64,000 bases of DNA from Cyanobacteriota bacterium (GCA_033764955.1 JANRIL010000030.1:1-64000); one strand, 5' to 3'; counted from the first letter of the stretch, positions 1 to 9,808 are shown. Program-made: numbers and translations. The notes: a model not told the origin generated them from the letters alone.

Positions 1-230
1 GCCTTGGCCTACGGGTCGGTCAACTCCAGTTGTCGGTCGAAAGCGCACCGTATCAGGGGAAAATCAACCCTGTAATGCTTGTCCAATTTTACCAGATTGG
101 TGGCCGCTCGCCTCCCCTCTCCGTCGCCACGCAGTTGCTCACCATAACGTCGAGGGGGACTCGCAGCCACCCCGCTTTCATCCCCTCACCCAGCCTAAAG
201 GCTACGGTGCGAGGCTCTCGCCCAAGAAGC
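1..230 (-). mobile_element. Possible IS200/IS605-family end (subterminal hairpin), element running off the window start
   Basis: Imperfect hairpin cct-cacc-c-agcc-taaa-ggct-ac-ggtg-cg-agg at ~184-214. The minus strand reads GAGAGCCTCGCACCGTAGCCTTTAGGCTGGGTGAGGGGATGAAAGCG, resembling cyanobacterial IS605 ends. No transposase is visible. Confidence 0.35.
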
Positions 231-281
231 TAAAATTCAGACGAAATCCAGGCCAAATCTAGCAGAGCATAGCGTGAGTTT

Positions 282-728
282 ATGGTGCGTATTGTCTTAG
301 TGGCTCCAGAAATTCCCGCCAATACGGGAAATATTGCTCGCACCTGTGCGGCCACGGGATCCCCGCTCTATTTAGTGGATCCGTTAGGGTTTCAACTGAG
401 TGATCGCTATCTCAAACGGGCAGGGTTAGATTACTGGGATGCCGTTGAGATGCATCGCTACCCTTCTTGGCAAGCTCTTTTGCAGGAGCATCCTCAAGGA
501 CGGTTTTGGGGTCTGACGGTGCGCGGCAAAAGTCTTTATACCCAGGTGACCTATCAGCCGGAGGATTGGTTGGTATTTGGCAGCGAAACCCAGGGATTAC
601 CCCCTGATTTATTGGCGCAGATCCCGACGCTACGGATCCCGATGCAGGGTTCTGTCCGCAGCCTTAACCTCTCCAATGCAGTGGCGATTGTCTTGTTTGA
701 AGCCCTACGACAACTCAGTATGGGATAG
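282..728 (+). CDS. trmL: tRNA (cytidine/uridine(34)-2'-O)-methyltransferase TrmL, SPOUT family
   Basis: PEIPANTGNIARTC, LKRAGLDYW, FGSETQGLP, RSLNLSN motifs. Confidence 0.93.
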   Translation: MVRIVLVAPEIPANTGNIARTCAATGSPLYLVDPLGFQLSDRYLKRAGLDYWDAVEMHRYPSWQALLQEHPQGRFWGLTVRGKSLYTQVTYQPEDWLVFGSETQGLPPDLLAQIPTLRIPMQGSVRSLNLSNAVAIVLFEALRQLSMG

Positions 729-760
729 GTATTTATCCAATGGGGATCAGGAGACTGGGT

Positions 761-1366
761 TTAACGATAGGGATTTGGCAAAATGGTGCCCTCTAGGCAA
801 GCTTGATCCCAAAGAGCGCCCTCCCATGCACATCCTGTCAGTTGGGCACAAAACAGGTTGGCGCGGGTTAAATTAGCTCCTCGCAATAGGGATCCCCCCA
901 GATTGGCTTCTTCCAGATCGGCTCCACTCAGATCGGCTCCACTCAGGTTGCTGCTGGACAGATCGGCTGCCTGTAGGCTGGTCTGGCGCAGACTGGCTCC
1001 CCGCAGATCGCTGCCGCGCAGATCGCCCCCTGCCAAGTCTAGGTGATCCAGAACGACCCCCGGCAAAAAGGCTCCCGCCAAGCTAGCGCCCACCAGGCGG
1101 GATCCCAGAAGCACAGCTCCCCGCAAATTGGCATTTCGCAGATCGGCTCCCCCCAAGTTTGCCCCCGTCAGATCCGCTCCCTGGAGGTTAGTTCGTAGGA
1201 TCGCCTGCCGTAGATCTGCCCCGCCCAAACGGGATCCCTGCAAACTGACCTGACTGAAATCCATGCCTCGCAGATCCCACCCTTCCAGATCTGCGCCCGC
1301 TAGTGAGGAGATCTGCCCCGCTCGAATCGACTCGATATCGATAGATACATCCCGTAACCCCATCAT
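761..1366 (-). CDS. Pentapeptide repeat protein
   Basis: Long run of A(D/N)LxG repeats. Confidence 0.92.
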   Translation of the reverse strand: MMGLRDVSIDIESIRAGQISSLAGADLEGWDLRGMDFSQVSLQGSRLGGADLRQAILRTNLQGADLTGANLGGADLRNANLRGAVLLGSRLVGASLAGAFLPGVVLDHLDLAGGDLRGSDLRGASLRQTSLQAADLSSSNLSGADLSGADLEEANLGGSLLRGANLTRANLFCAQLTGCAWEGALWDQACLEGTILPNPYR

Positions 1367-2760
1367 CAGCTACCCCCTGCTGCAAGCGATTCTGGATTCT
1401 CTTCTAACCAGATGGTGGGGAGGTGGCTAGGGCGTTCGGGTAAGATCATCATCTCCATCTCACACAGTCGGATCACCGATGCCAATACCTCCACCAAATG
1501 GGGATCAAAGCGAATGCCAGCATACCGTTGGCAAATCTTGAGCGCCTCCGTAATGTCATAGGCACGGTGGGATCCACGGGGGTAGAGTAAGCGTTGAAAG
1601 CTCGCCACCAATCCCAGAATCCGCGCTTCCAAGGAGATTTCCTCTCCCCGCAATCCACTGGGATGCCCACTGCCATTCCAATGCTCTAGATGGTGGGCAA
1701 TAATCTGGGCAACCGGACTGAGTTCAGGAATCGCCGACAATAACTCGCTGCTCAATAGCTCATATTTTCCCCAATATTCCATTTCCTGGGCATGGGAAAC
1801 CCCCTCCTGGGAGGGATCCCGGCCAAGCTGTTCTTTGGGAACGGGGGCAACCATCAAGCGAAACAACAAACCCGCCAATCGTAACCGCCGCAGCCGGAGC
1901 GTAGGCAAATCCAGTAACTGACCAAGGGTTTCGGCTAGTGCTGCTACTTGCAACGAAGCCACCGGATTCTCAGCATCCTGGGCATCAATACGCTGAGCCA
2001 TCCGTAGCAGGGCTTGTAACTTGTTGGCGTTGAGGTTGCGATTGAGGCGGAGGGCTTGGCTCTCTAGCTCCCAAAACTCACGGGTTTGTCGCTGCACCAA
2101 CACCAACTGTTCTTGGCTCGTTTGCAGATAATTGACAATCCGCGCTACCACCGTTGTTAAATCCTGCTGGGGGTGTTGATCAGAGTCGGCTTTGAGGATC
2201 CGCCCCCCCGCTTCCATCCGATCCGCCAGCGCCGGATCATAGGCACGCAACCCGCCGATCAAAATCTCTGCCGCTGCTTCCACCTCAGCGCGATCAAACG
2301 TCCACAACCCATAAAACTTCCGCTCAACATCCCGACTCGGCGGACCAGCCGGATACTGATCAAGGGGCAACTCATGGCAGAGCACCATCGCGGCATAGCC
2401 TCGATCCAAGATGATCAGGTTCCACTCCTGAGCTAGGGGATCCCCCGGCGACAAATGCACCAGATGCACATTGGGCAACGATCCGGTGGGATGGCTGGCA
2501 AATCCACTATCCGGCACCGCCGCGATCACCACTTCCTGAGCATGGCTGGCAATTTGGGCATAACGATCCGCCTCCTGCAGATACCACTTTCCCTCCTGAA
2601 AGGTCACCCAGACCAAGGGCTGTCCCTGCTCCGTTTGCAGGATGTGATCTTCTAGGGCATGGCAGAGCGCCACTAGGGTATTTTTCAGATAAACCCCATA
2701 ACTGGCGGGCATCTGAGGGAATGCCTCATGAAGCTGGTTCAGCGTGGAATCGGGAGACAT
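1366..2760 (-). CDS. DICT sensory domain + degenerate HD-GYP domain protein
   Basis: N-terminal YLKNTLVALCHALED...FQEGKWYLQEADRY...EWNLII (DICT). C-terminal HHLEHWNGSGHPSGLRGEEISLEARI and RFDP (HD-GYP-like). Start placed at ATG 2760. Confidence 0.8.
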   Translation of the reverse strand: MSPDSTLNQLHEAFPQMPASYGVYLKNTLVALCHALEDHILQTEQGQPLVWVTFQEGKWYLQEADRYAQIASHAQEVVIAAVPDSGFASHPTGSLPNVHLVHLSPGDPLAQEWNLIILDRGYAAMVLCHELPLDQYPAGPPSRDVERKFYGLWTFDRAEVEAAAEILIGGLRAYDPALADRMEAGGRILKADSDQHPQQDLTTVVARIVNYLQTSQEQLVLVQRQTREFWELESQALRLNRNLNANKLQALLRMAQRIDAQDAENPVASLQVAALAETLGQLLDLPTLRLRRLRLAGLLFRLMVAPVPKEQLGRDPSQEGVSHAQEMEYWGKYELLSSELLSAIPELSPVAQIIAHHLEHWNGSGHPSGLRGEEISLEARILGLVASFQRLLYPRGSHRAYDITEALKICQRYAGIRFDPHLVEVLASVIRLCEMEMMILPERPSHLPTIWLEENPESLAAGGS

Positions 2761-2810
2761 GCTAAAGGGAGAGGAAAAAGCAAAACGGAGGAGGAGCAGT
2801 CCCAAAAGGG

Positions 2811-3035
2811 CTATTTTTTACGGAGGCGGAAGGTAATCCGACCCTTGTTGAGATCGTAGGGAGAAAGCTCTACTTTGACGCGATCTCCCGGCAAAATTTT
2901 GATGTAGTTACGGCGGATTTTACCGGAAATGTGGGCGAGAATATTAAAGCCATTGTCCAAATCCACCCGAAACATGGCATTGGGTAAGGATTCGGTGACG
3001 GTTCCTTCCATCTCAATTGCATCTTCTTTGGACAA
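2811..3035 (-). CDS. infA: Translation initiation factor IF-1
   Basis: [23 protein letters not shown]...HISGKIR; TTG start. Confidence 0.98.
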   Translation of the reverse strand: MSKEDAIEMEGTVTESLPNAMFRVDLDNGFNILAHISGKIRRNYIKILPGDRVKVELSPYDLNKGRITFRLRKK

Positions 3036-3180
3036 TCAAAACCTCCCGTGATTGGGGTAAAACAAATCAGACAAAGCAATCAGCCACCCGTGGCAGCTAC
3101 CTGAGCGAGGGGATCCCTGAAACTCATGCTCTCCTATCCTAACTGGATCCCTGGCAGGGCTGAAATTTTCTTGATGGCAC

Positions 3181-4161
3181 CTAGAACAACCAACGCAGGG
3201 TCAGTCCCCATTCGGCATTGTTATAGCGATCAAGACTAGAAACTTGGTTTTGGACATTGGAAAACCCCAGGTTGGATTGCAAAGAAAACCCCTCACTCCA
3301 CTGCCACTGACAGCGTCCTTGCCATGTATTGACCTCTGACCATTGGGACTTGAGGCGTTGCTGCCCAAATGCCACTGCTAATCCACACTCCAAATCGCGG
3401 GTGAGGTCGGCAGCCAGCTTAACCTCGGCGGTCAACACCAAAAAATCAGGGGGACTAAAATAGGTAGGTTGATCACGGGTGTAGCTCCAGTTGAAGAGAT
3501 TAGCCGACAGAGAAAAGCCCTGCCAATTGGCGGGCAGCAACGTTGCGCTACCAATCACCTGATGCTCCGTATTGTCGTCCGAATAGTGCCCGTAACGATA
3601 ACCCAGAAAGGACTGCCATTGGGGATCCCATTGGCGAAACAGGTTGAAGCCACCGCGGCAGGCATAAATTTCATTGGTCAGGCTGGTTGCCCGCCCTCGA
3701 TAGGGTTGACAATTGAGAAGAAGTTCGGGGGTTAGGCCAGATCCCAGAGGGATCCCGAAGCGAGTGTCCCAACTAAACTGTGTCACCTGCTCACTAGAAA
3801 TATCCAGACCACCGCCAATCGTGCCGGACACCACGCCCAGTTGAAAATCTCGACCCAATTGGATAGGTAAAATCTCAACCTTGGTCGGATCGGATCCCCA
3901 GGTTTCGTATAACTCATGCCCTAGGGTGAGGTACCAGGAGTCGTCATAGCGATAAGTGGCCAAAATTCGTCGCCAAGCCTCTGTATTACTGCGTTGTCCA
4001 GAAGATTGAACCGTCAAAACCTCTGGTAGCGAAGAATCCTGGAAATTGGTAGAAAAATCGGGAGATAGAGCGGGATCCAAAAGAGCAGGATTGGCTTGCA
4101 CTTGCTCAACAAGTAACAGCCCACTCACAAGGGATAAACACCCAGACAGCCATCCTTTCAC
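3181..4161 (-). CDS. Exported outer-membrane beta-barrel protein, possibly a polysaccharide export porin (PgaA/BcsC C-terminal-like)
   Basis: Signal peptide (VQA|N), alternating aromatic beta-strand pattern, YSDDN and YFSP motifs, C-terminal WGLTLRWLF beta-signal. Confidence 0.6.
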   Translation of the reverse strand: MKGWLSGCLSLVSGLLLVEQVQANPALLDPALSPDFSTNFQDSSLPEVLTVQSSGQRSNTEAWRRILATYRYDDSWYLTLGHELYETWGSDPTKVEILPIQLGRDFQLGVVSGTIGGGLDISSEQVTQFSWDTRFGIPLGSGLTPELLLNCQPYRGRATSLTNEIYACRGGFNLFRQWDPQWQSFLGYRYGHYSDDNTEHQVIGSATLLPANWQGFSLSANLFNWSYTRDQPTYFSPPDFLVLTAEVKLAADLTRDLECGLAVAFGQQRLKSQWSEVNTWQGRCQWQWSEGFSLQSNLGFSNVQNQVSSLDRYNNAEWGLTLRWLF

Positions 4162-4267
4162 TTTGGCTCCTCTAAGCCTAAAATTCCGTAAAGTTGTTGG
4201 CTAAGGCTAGACAAACTTCTCCAAAATTGCCCATACTGTAGCCGTTAGTGTGTATTGATACCCGCAA

Positions 4268-6949
4268 ATGATCTCCCCCGCAACCAGTTTTCGCCTTAAA
4301 CAGATTGGTCGATGGTTACTTTTGGGGGGGATATTTTGGATTGGGTTGACCTTGGGATCCCCAACGTGGTTAGCCCAGGTTCCTGGGGGATCCCCTTTGT
4401 CGGCGGCGGAACAGGCAATGGCTGAACGCGCTTGGCTCTATTTTGAAAACAACATTAACCGCACGGGTTTGGCCAACAGCGTGGCCAACTACCCTTCAGC
4501 CACCCTTTGGGAGCAGGGTAATCTAGCGGTGGCAGTGATGGCGGCTCATGATCTGGGCATCATCTCTGACCAAGCCATGCAGCAACGGCTTAACCAACTT
4601 TTGCAGGGACTAGAGAAACTCCCTCTGTTTGAAGGGGATCTGCCCAACAAAGCCTACAACACAGAAACAGGAATCAAAACCGACTACGGCAATAATCCAG
4701 TGGAGCGCGGCATTGGCTTCTCCGGTTTGGACATGGGACGCTTAATCAACGCGCTATTTGTGGTGAAAACCCAGCAGCCCCAGTTTAGCCAACGGATTGA
4801 TCGCCTCTTGCAGGGCTGGGACTTGGATCGCCTCTATCAACAACAAGATCTCTACGGGGCAGTGGTCACTCCCGATGGGGAAACCTTGCCCGTGCAGGAG
4901 GGGCGGCATGGCTATCTGGAATATGCGGCTCGCAGTGGGGTTCTGTTGGGTCGGGATATGGCTAAAGCTCTCGACCCACCTGTGGAAGTAGTGGATGTCT
5001 ATGGCATCCCCATTAAAAATGATCAGCGTCGGTTTCAGGAGTTTAACGCCGTTGCCTATACCGTAACCGAAGCCCCCGCCCTAGAGATTATCGAACTGGG
5101 CACGGCAGGACGACCCCAGGTATGGGAGGAGTTTTGCCAGATCTATAAAGCCCAAAAACGCCGGTGGCAAGACACCCAAAAATGGACAGCGGTCACAGAG
5201 GATCACATCACTGGACGGCTCTACCCAGACACCCCTTTTCTCTATAACACCCTGATCAGTGACGGGATCCCTTGGGCCGTAGTTACCGAGTCGGGACAAC
5301 GCTTCGATGAGCGCCGCACCATCAGTACCAAAGCTGCCGTCTTGCTGTCGGTTTTGCAACCCAGTGATGATCCCCTCAATTATGGACAAAAGCTGTTTGA
5401 GGTGGTGCAACCCTTATTTAACGAAGGAGGCTACTGGGCTGGAAAATTTGAGATGAGCGGTGAACCCAACGATATTCTCACTAACAACACCAACAGTATT
5501 TTGCTAGAAGCCCTCTGGGCCAAACAGCGGGGGCGTTCCCTGATTACTGATGAGGCGTTTCCCAGTAGCTGCGGGGATAGGGTAAAAGCCTCCGGCTATG
5601 TCCCTAGCCAAGCCTCTAACAATGTCCCTAGCCAAGGGGATCCCTCTTCTCCTAGTCGCTCCTTAGTGTTGGGACAATCTCCCAGCGAACGCCTTAGCCC
5701 TGGGGGCTCGGCTCCCCTCCATCAATTTTTTGCCTCCGCCAGTTGTGAAGTGGTACAAACCACTCCCCAAGGCCCTTTATCTCTGAGCGCCCTACCCGAG
5801 CCAGCACAAGGGATCCAGCCAGCCCAGTGTGCTAGCGCTTCCCCCCCTCCTGCCGAGCAACCCTACGCCCAAGCTGCCTGGAACTATTTTCAGCACTACC
5901 GCGATCCCCAAACAGGACTGGTTGCCTCCCGCTCTGATCTGAAGGCCACAACCCTCTGGGGTTTGGGAGATAGCATCGCTGCCACCCAACTGGCGGAGCG
6001 GATGGGGCTGATTGAGAGCCAAGAATTTGATCAATTGATGCGGCAGGTGTTGGGCACCACGCGAGTTTTACCGACCGTCGAGGGGCTACCCCACATTGCC
6101 TATGCCACAACCACCGGTCAACCCGTCACCCTAGGGGGAGTTGCTGCCCTCCCCTCGGAGTGGGATGCGATGGGAATGGCTCGTCTTTTTGTTGCCTTAG
6201 CGGGAGTGAGCCAATGTCATCCAGAATATCGTCCCGCCATCGACGATCTGCTCATGCAGTGGCGCTACTATGCCCTCATCCATGCCGCCAGCCTGTTTTC
6301 GGGGAAAATTGGTCAGAGACCCCAGCTAGAGTGCAGTTTTTACAGCAGCTATGCCATTCCTGGCCTCAATCTCTGGGGCATGGATCTCCAGGAACCCACC
6401 TATCAACGGATTAGCGTGGCGGGGCAGTCGTTGGATGTGGGTTGTGATCGCCTCTTGACCAGTGATCCCCTCCTTTATCGCCGCCTGGAATTGGGTAAGG
6501 ATCCCACCACCGATCGGCTACTGGCGGCTCATTGGCAGGCACAGTCTCCCCCTACTGGCGGTGGCACAGTGGCACTCAGCCAACCTCCTTTTTGGATTCG
6601 TAACACCCTCTGGGCAGGGGGGGAAGCTGGGATCGTGAAAGGTATTGATGGCAACTCTTATCCTCAATTAGCCAGTGTGAGTACGGGTGCGGCCTTTGCC
6701 TGGTGGGCATTGGGCTTGCCGCAGGCGGAGGTATTAAGGGCAAGCGCCATCGAACGCACCCTCCTGGATAAGAGTTTGGGGTTTCAGGATGGCTATCTGG
6801 TCAGCTCTCAAGAATCGGTGGGTGTTGGAACCAGCCAGGGCAACTATTTGGTCTTGGCCGCCCTTGCCTATGCTCAGCAGGGATCCCTCATCCAAAACTT
6901 TCAGCCGGGAGAGAGGTGGCAGCAACGGGGCTGGTGGATAGGAGGCTAA
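4268..6949 (+). CDS. Exported protein with two DUF3131-like domains (putative glucan-processing enzyme)
   Basis: Two homologous blocks (AERAWLYFENN..TGL..S..ATLW and AQAAWNYFQHY..TGL..S..TTLW) joined by a Ser/Pro/Gln linker; hydrophobic signal peptide. Confidence 0.75.
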   Translation: MISPATSFRLKQIGRWLLLGGIFWIGLTLGSPTWLAQVPGGSPLSAAEQAMAERAWLYFENNINRTGLANSVANYPSATLWEQGNLAVAVMAAHDLGIISDQAMQQRLNQLLQGLEKLPLFEGDLPNKAYNTETGIKTDYGNNPVERGIGFSGLDMGRLINALFVVKTQQPQFSQRIDRLLQGWDLDRLYQQQDLYGAVVTPDGETLPVQEGRHGYLEYAARSGVLLGRDMAKALDPPVEVVDVYGIPIKNDQRRFQEFNAVAYTVTEAPALEIIELGTAGRPQVWEEFCQIYKAQKRRWQDTQKWTAVTEDHITGRLYPDTPFLYNTLISDGIPWAVVTESGQRFDERRTISTKAAVLLSVLQPSDDPLNYGQKLFEVVQPLFNEGGYWAGKFEMSGEPNDILTNNTNSILLEALWAKQRGRSLITDEAFPSSCGDRVKASGYVPSQASNNVPSQGDPSSPSRSLVLGQSPSERLSPGGSAPLHQFFASASCEVVQTTPQGPLSLSALPEPAQGIQPAQCASASPPPAEQPYAQAAWNYFQHYRDPQTGLVASRSDLKATTLWGLGDSIAATQLAERMGLIESQEFDQLMRQVLGTTRVLPTVEGLPHIAYATTTGQPVTLGGVAALPSEWDAMGMARLFVALAGVSQCHPEYRPAIDDLLMQWRYYALIHAASLFSGKIGQRPQLECSFYSSYAIPGLNLWGMDLQEPTYQRISVAGQSLDVGCDRLLTSDPLLYRRLELGKDPTTDRLLAAHWQAQSPPTGGGTVALSQPPFWIRNTLWAGGEAGIVKGIDGNSYPQLASVSTGAAFAWWALGLPQAEVLRASAIERTLLDKSLGFQDGYLVSSQESVGVGTSQGNYLVLAALAYAQQGSLIQNFQPGERWQQRGWWIGG

Positions 6950-8593
6950 ATGAAACCCTTCCGGCAATTTAGAGATTTACCCCGCCATCAGCGGCAACTA
7001 TTTATCGGATTAGCCATCGCCAATGGGCTGTGGGGAGCTTATTACTTGAGTTGGCGAATCACCCGCACCATTAATACCGATGCCCTCTGGATTTCGATTC
7101 CCCTCTTAGTTGTCGAGATCTACGCTTATTTTGGGGCATTGATGTTTATGGTGGGCATGGGTAGACCCCGCACCCGCAATAGTGTATCACTACGGGAGAT
7201 GGTTCCCCCTCTGGCGGTTTACCCCGATGTCGATATATTTATTACTCACTACAACGAAGGACGAGCCATCATTGAGCCAACCGTGCGCCATTGCCTAACG
7301 TTAGATTATCCCCTCGAAAAGTGTCACATCTATGTCTTGGATGATGGCAAGGTACCAGAAGTAGCAGCAATGGCGGCAGAATTGGGGGTTCATTATATTA
7401 CTCGTCCCACCAATTTACACTTCAAAGCGGGCAACATTAACCATGCCCTTTTAGAAGCCAAAACCTTTGGGGAATTTATTCTTACCCTTGATTGTGATCA
7501 CATTCCAAAGCCTTATTTCCTTCAGCGAGTTTTACCCTATTTCTATGAATTGAATGAGGGGCAATGGGTACCCAATCGGGTGGCATTTGTCCAAACTCCC
7601 CAGTATTTTTACAACCTCCCCGCCGAGGATCCCTTTGGCCATCGAGCCAGCTTATTTTATGGGCCGATTCAGAAAGGGAAAGATGGTCTGGGTGCTGCCT
7701 TCTATACTGGCACGAATGCCCTACTACGGCGAGAAGCAGTGGTGCAGGTGGCTCTGCAACGATTGACCCAGGAAGTCAAACGGCAGGGTCTGGATCAGGC
7801 GCTGAATCATTACGCCTACGAAGGGGGATTGAGTACCACCAGCATCACCGAAGATATGGAAACAGCCATGAATCTACACGCTAAAGGATGGCAAAGTGTC
7901 TATCACCACGAAACGTTAGCCGAAGGACTCGCCCCCGAAGATTTACAATCTGCTCTCAAACAACGTCTGCGTTGGGCACAGGGAACCATTCAAGTTTTAG
8001 TTAAAGATAATCCTCTCGTCAAACCTGGTCTGAATTGGGGACAGCGGCTGGCCTATTTTCAAACTATGTATAGCTATTTTGGTGGGTTTGCCGTAGTCGT
8101 TTATCTGCTTTGCCCGATCATCTATTTCTTGACCGAGATCCCTCCTGTCAAAGCTCTTAATACCCAGTTTGTCCTACACTTAGTCCCCTTTTTAGTGTTG
8201 AATCGTCTTACCTTTATCTCGAGCAGTTGGGGGATCCCAGCGAAGGAACTATGGCGAGCTGAGCAATTTGCTGTGGCGCTTTTCCCCATCCAGATTCAGG
8301 CAGTATGGAGCGTCTTAACAGGTCATAAGATTAAGTTTGAGGTGACTTCTAAACAGCGAAAGTCGGGAATTTATCTGGGACTGATCAAACCGCAGTTGGC
8401 TTTTATTGGATTGACGGTGGGATCCGCAGTATGGGCAGGGATCCGTTTGGCCGTTGGGCAGGGCAGCCTAGAAGCAGAGGGATATTGGGTCAATGTAGCC
8501 TGGTCTATCTACAACGTGGCGCTTTTGTGGGCGGCGGTGCGGGCGGCAACATGGCAGGGAGCTAGTGGCGATGGGGGATCCCTCATAACGTAG
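6950..8593 (+). CDS. Cellulose-synthase-like processive glycosyltransferase family 2 (BcsA-like, no PilZ domain)
   Basis: DDG, HFKAGN, DCD, QTPQ, TED and QRLRW motifs; N- and C-terminal TM helices. Confidence 0.9.
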   Translation: MKPFRQFRDLPRHQRQLFIGLAIANGLWGAYYLSWRITRTINTDALWISIPLLVVEIYAYFGALMFMVGMGRPRTRNSVSLREMVPPLAVYPDVDIFITHYNEGRAIIEPTVRHCLTLDYPLEKCHIYVLDDGKVPEVAAMAAELGVHYITRPTNLHFKAGNINHALLEAKTFGEFILTLDCDHIPKPYFLQRVLPYFYELNEGQWVPNRVAFVQTPQYFYNLPAEDPFGHRASLFYGPIQKGKDGLGAAFYTGTNALLRREAVVQVALQRLTQEVKRQGLDQALNHYAYEGGLSTTSITEDMETAMNLHAKGWQSVYHHETLAEGLAPEDLQSALKQRLRWAQGTIQVLVKDNPLVKPGLNWGQRLAYFQTMYSYFGGFAVVVYLLCPIIYFLTEIPPVKALNTQFVLHLVPFLVLNRLTFISSSWGIPAKELWRAEQFAVALFPIQIQAVWSVLTGHKIKFEVTSKQRKSGIYLGLIKPQLAFIGLTVGSAVWAGIRLAVGQGSLEAEGYWVNVAWSIYNVALLWAAVRAATWQGASGDGGSLIT

Positions 8594-8649
8594 GGGATGG
8601 GGTTTACTTCAGCTCACTGAGCGAGAGGGAGTGCATCGGTTGGTTATTA

Positions 8650-9693
8650 GTGAGGCTGTTTAGTATGTTGCTTTCTCGTTTTCCCAGGGTAAGACTGGCT
8701 CATACCCCCACGCCGTTGGAACCTCTGCCTCGCCTGACCGCTCTTCTGCAAGGTCCGCAACTGTGGATCAAACGGGATGATTGTACGGGTCTAGCAATCG
8801 GGGGGAACAAAGCCCGCAAGCTAGAGTTTCTCTTGGGAGAAGCCCTCAGCCAAAAAGCCGATACCCTCATTGCCCAAGGAGCGGTTCAGTCCAATCATGT
8901 CCGACAAACCGCTGCCGCCGCTGCTCGCCTGGGATTAAAGTGTGAAATCCTTCTGGAGGATCGGGTGCCGGATGCGGATCCCTCCTATTACCAAACGGGC
9001 AATCTTTTTCTCAGTCATCTGCTGGGCGGACAGACCCACCTCTATCCATCTGATACCGACATGGAGGGGGCGATGCAAACCGTAGCTCAACAGGTTCGAT
9101 CCGCTGGAGGGATCCCTTACATCATTCCCGGAGGGGGATCCAATCCTACCGGAGCTTTGGGCTATGTTGCCTTCGCCCAAGAATTTCTCTATCAAGCTGG
9201 AGAGCAAAACCTACGAGTAGACTGGCTCGTTCATGCTACGGGTAGCAGCGGAACTCAAGCGGGATTGGTGGCGGGGCTGCAAGGACTCAATAGTGGGATC
9301 CCCATCCTAGGGATTAGTGTGCGGCGCAACCAATCTAGCCAGGTGGAAAAAGTTCTTCAGCTAGCTTTAGCCAGTGCTGAGCGCCTCAACCTGCAACAAC
9401 CTATTAATCGCAACGATATCCTGGTGAGCGATGAATATGTCGGACAAGGCTATGGCTACCCAACCCCCGCTACCTTAGAAGCCATTTCCCTGCTGGCTCA
9501 AACCGAAGGTATCCTTCTGGATCCAATTTATACAGGCAAGGCGATGGCAGGCTTAATTGACCTGATTCGCAAAGGTTTTTTTCAATCTACGGACAATGTG
9601 GTGTTCCTTCATACCGGGGGATCCCCAGGTCTTTTTGCTTACGAAAGCGACTTTTCCGCTAAGAACCTTAGTCCAGGCAGATTTTCTAGCTGA
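8650..9693 (+). CDS. dcyD: D-cysteine desulfhydrase (PLP-dependent, ACC deaminase family)
   Basis: WIKRDDCTGLAIGGNKARKLEF, QSNHVRQTA, LDPIYTGKAM, FLHTGG. Confidence 0.88.
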   Translation: MRLFSMLLSRFPRVRLAHTPTPLEPLPRLTALLQGPQLWIKRDDCTGLAIGGNKARKLEFLLGEALSQKADTLIAQGAVQSNHVRQTAAAAARLGLKCEILLEDRVPDADPSYYQTGNLFLSHLLGGQTHLYPSDTDMEGAMQTVAQQVRSAGGIPYIIPGGGSNPTGALGYVAFAQEFLYQAGEQNLRVDWLVHATGSSGTQAGLVAGLQGLNSGIPILGISVRRNQSSQVEKVLQLALASAERLNLQQPINRNDILVSDEYVGQGYGYPTPATLEAISLLAQTEGILLDPIYTGKAMAGLIDLIRKGFFQSTDNVVFLHTGGSPGLFAYESDFSAKNLSPGRFSS

Positions 9694-9734
9694 AGTCCCT
9701 TACTTTATGTTATATTTGTTAGTCCAAAAGCCCT

Positions 9735-9808
9735 GGCGGGCGTAGCCAAGAGGTTAAGGCAGAGGATTGTGGTTCCTCCACTCGTGGGTTCGAGTCCCAT
9801 CGTCCGCC
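9735..9808 (+). tRNA. trnH: tRNA-His(GTG)
   Basis: G-1 plus acceptor stem GCGGGCG/CGTCCGC, anticodon arm GAGGA-TTGTGGT-TCCTC, T-loop GTTCGAG; CCA not encoded. Confidence 0.97.

Noticed and set aside
860..1300. 15-nt periodic repeats (agatcggctcc...), also at 39180-39620
   Set aside because: They are the coding pattern of pentapeptide repeat proteins, not CRISPR or DNA-level repeats.
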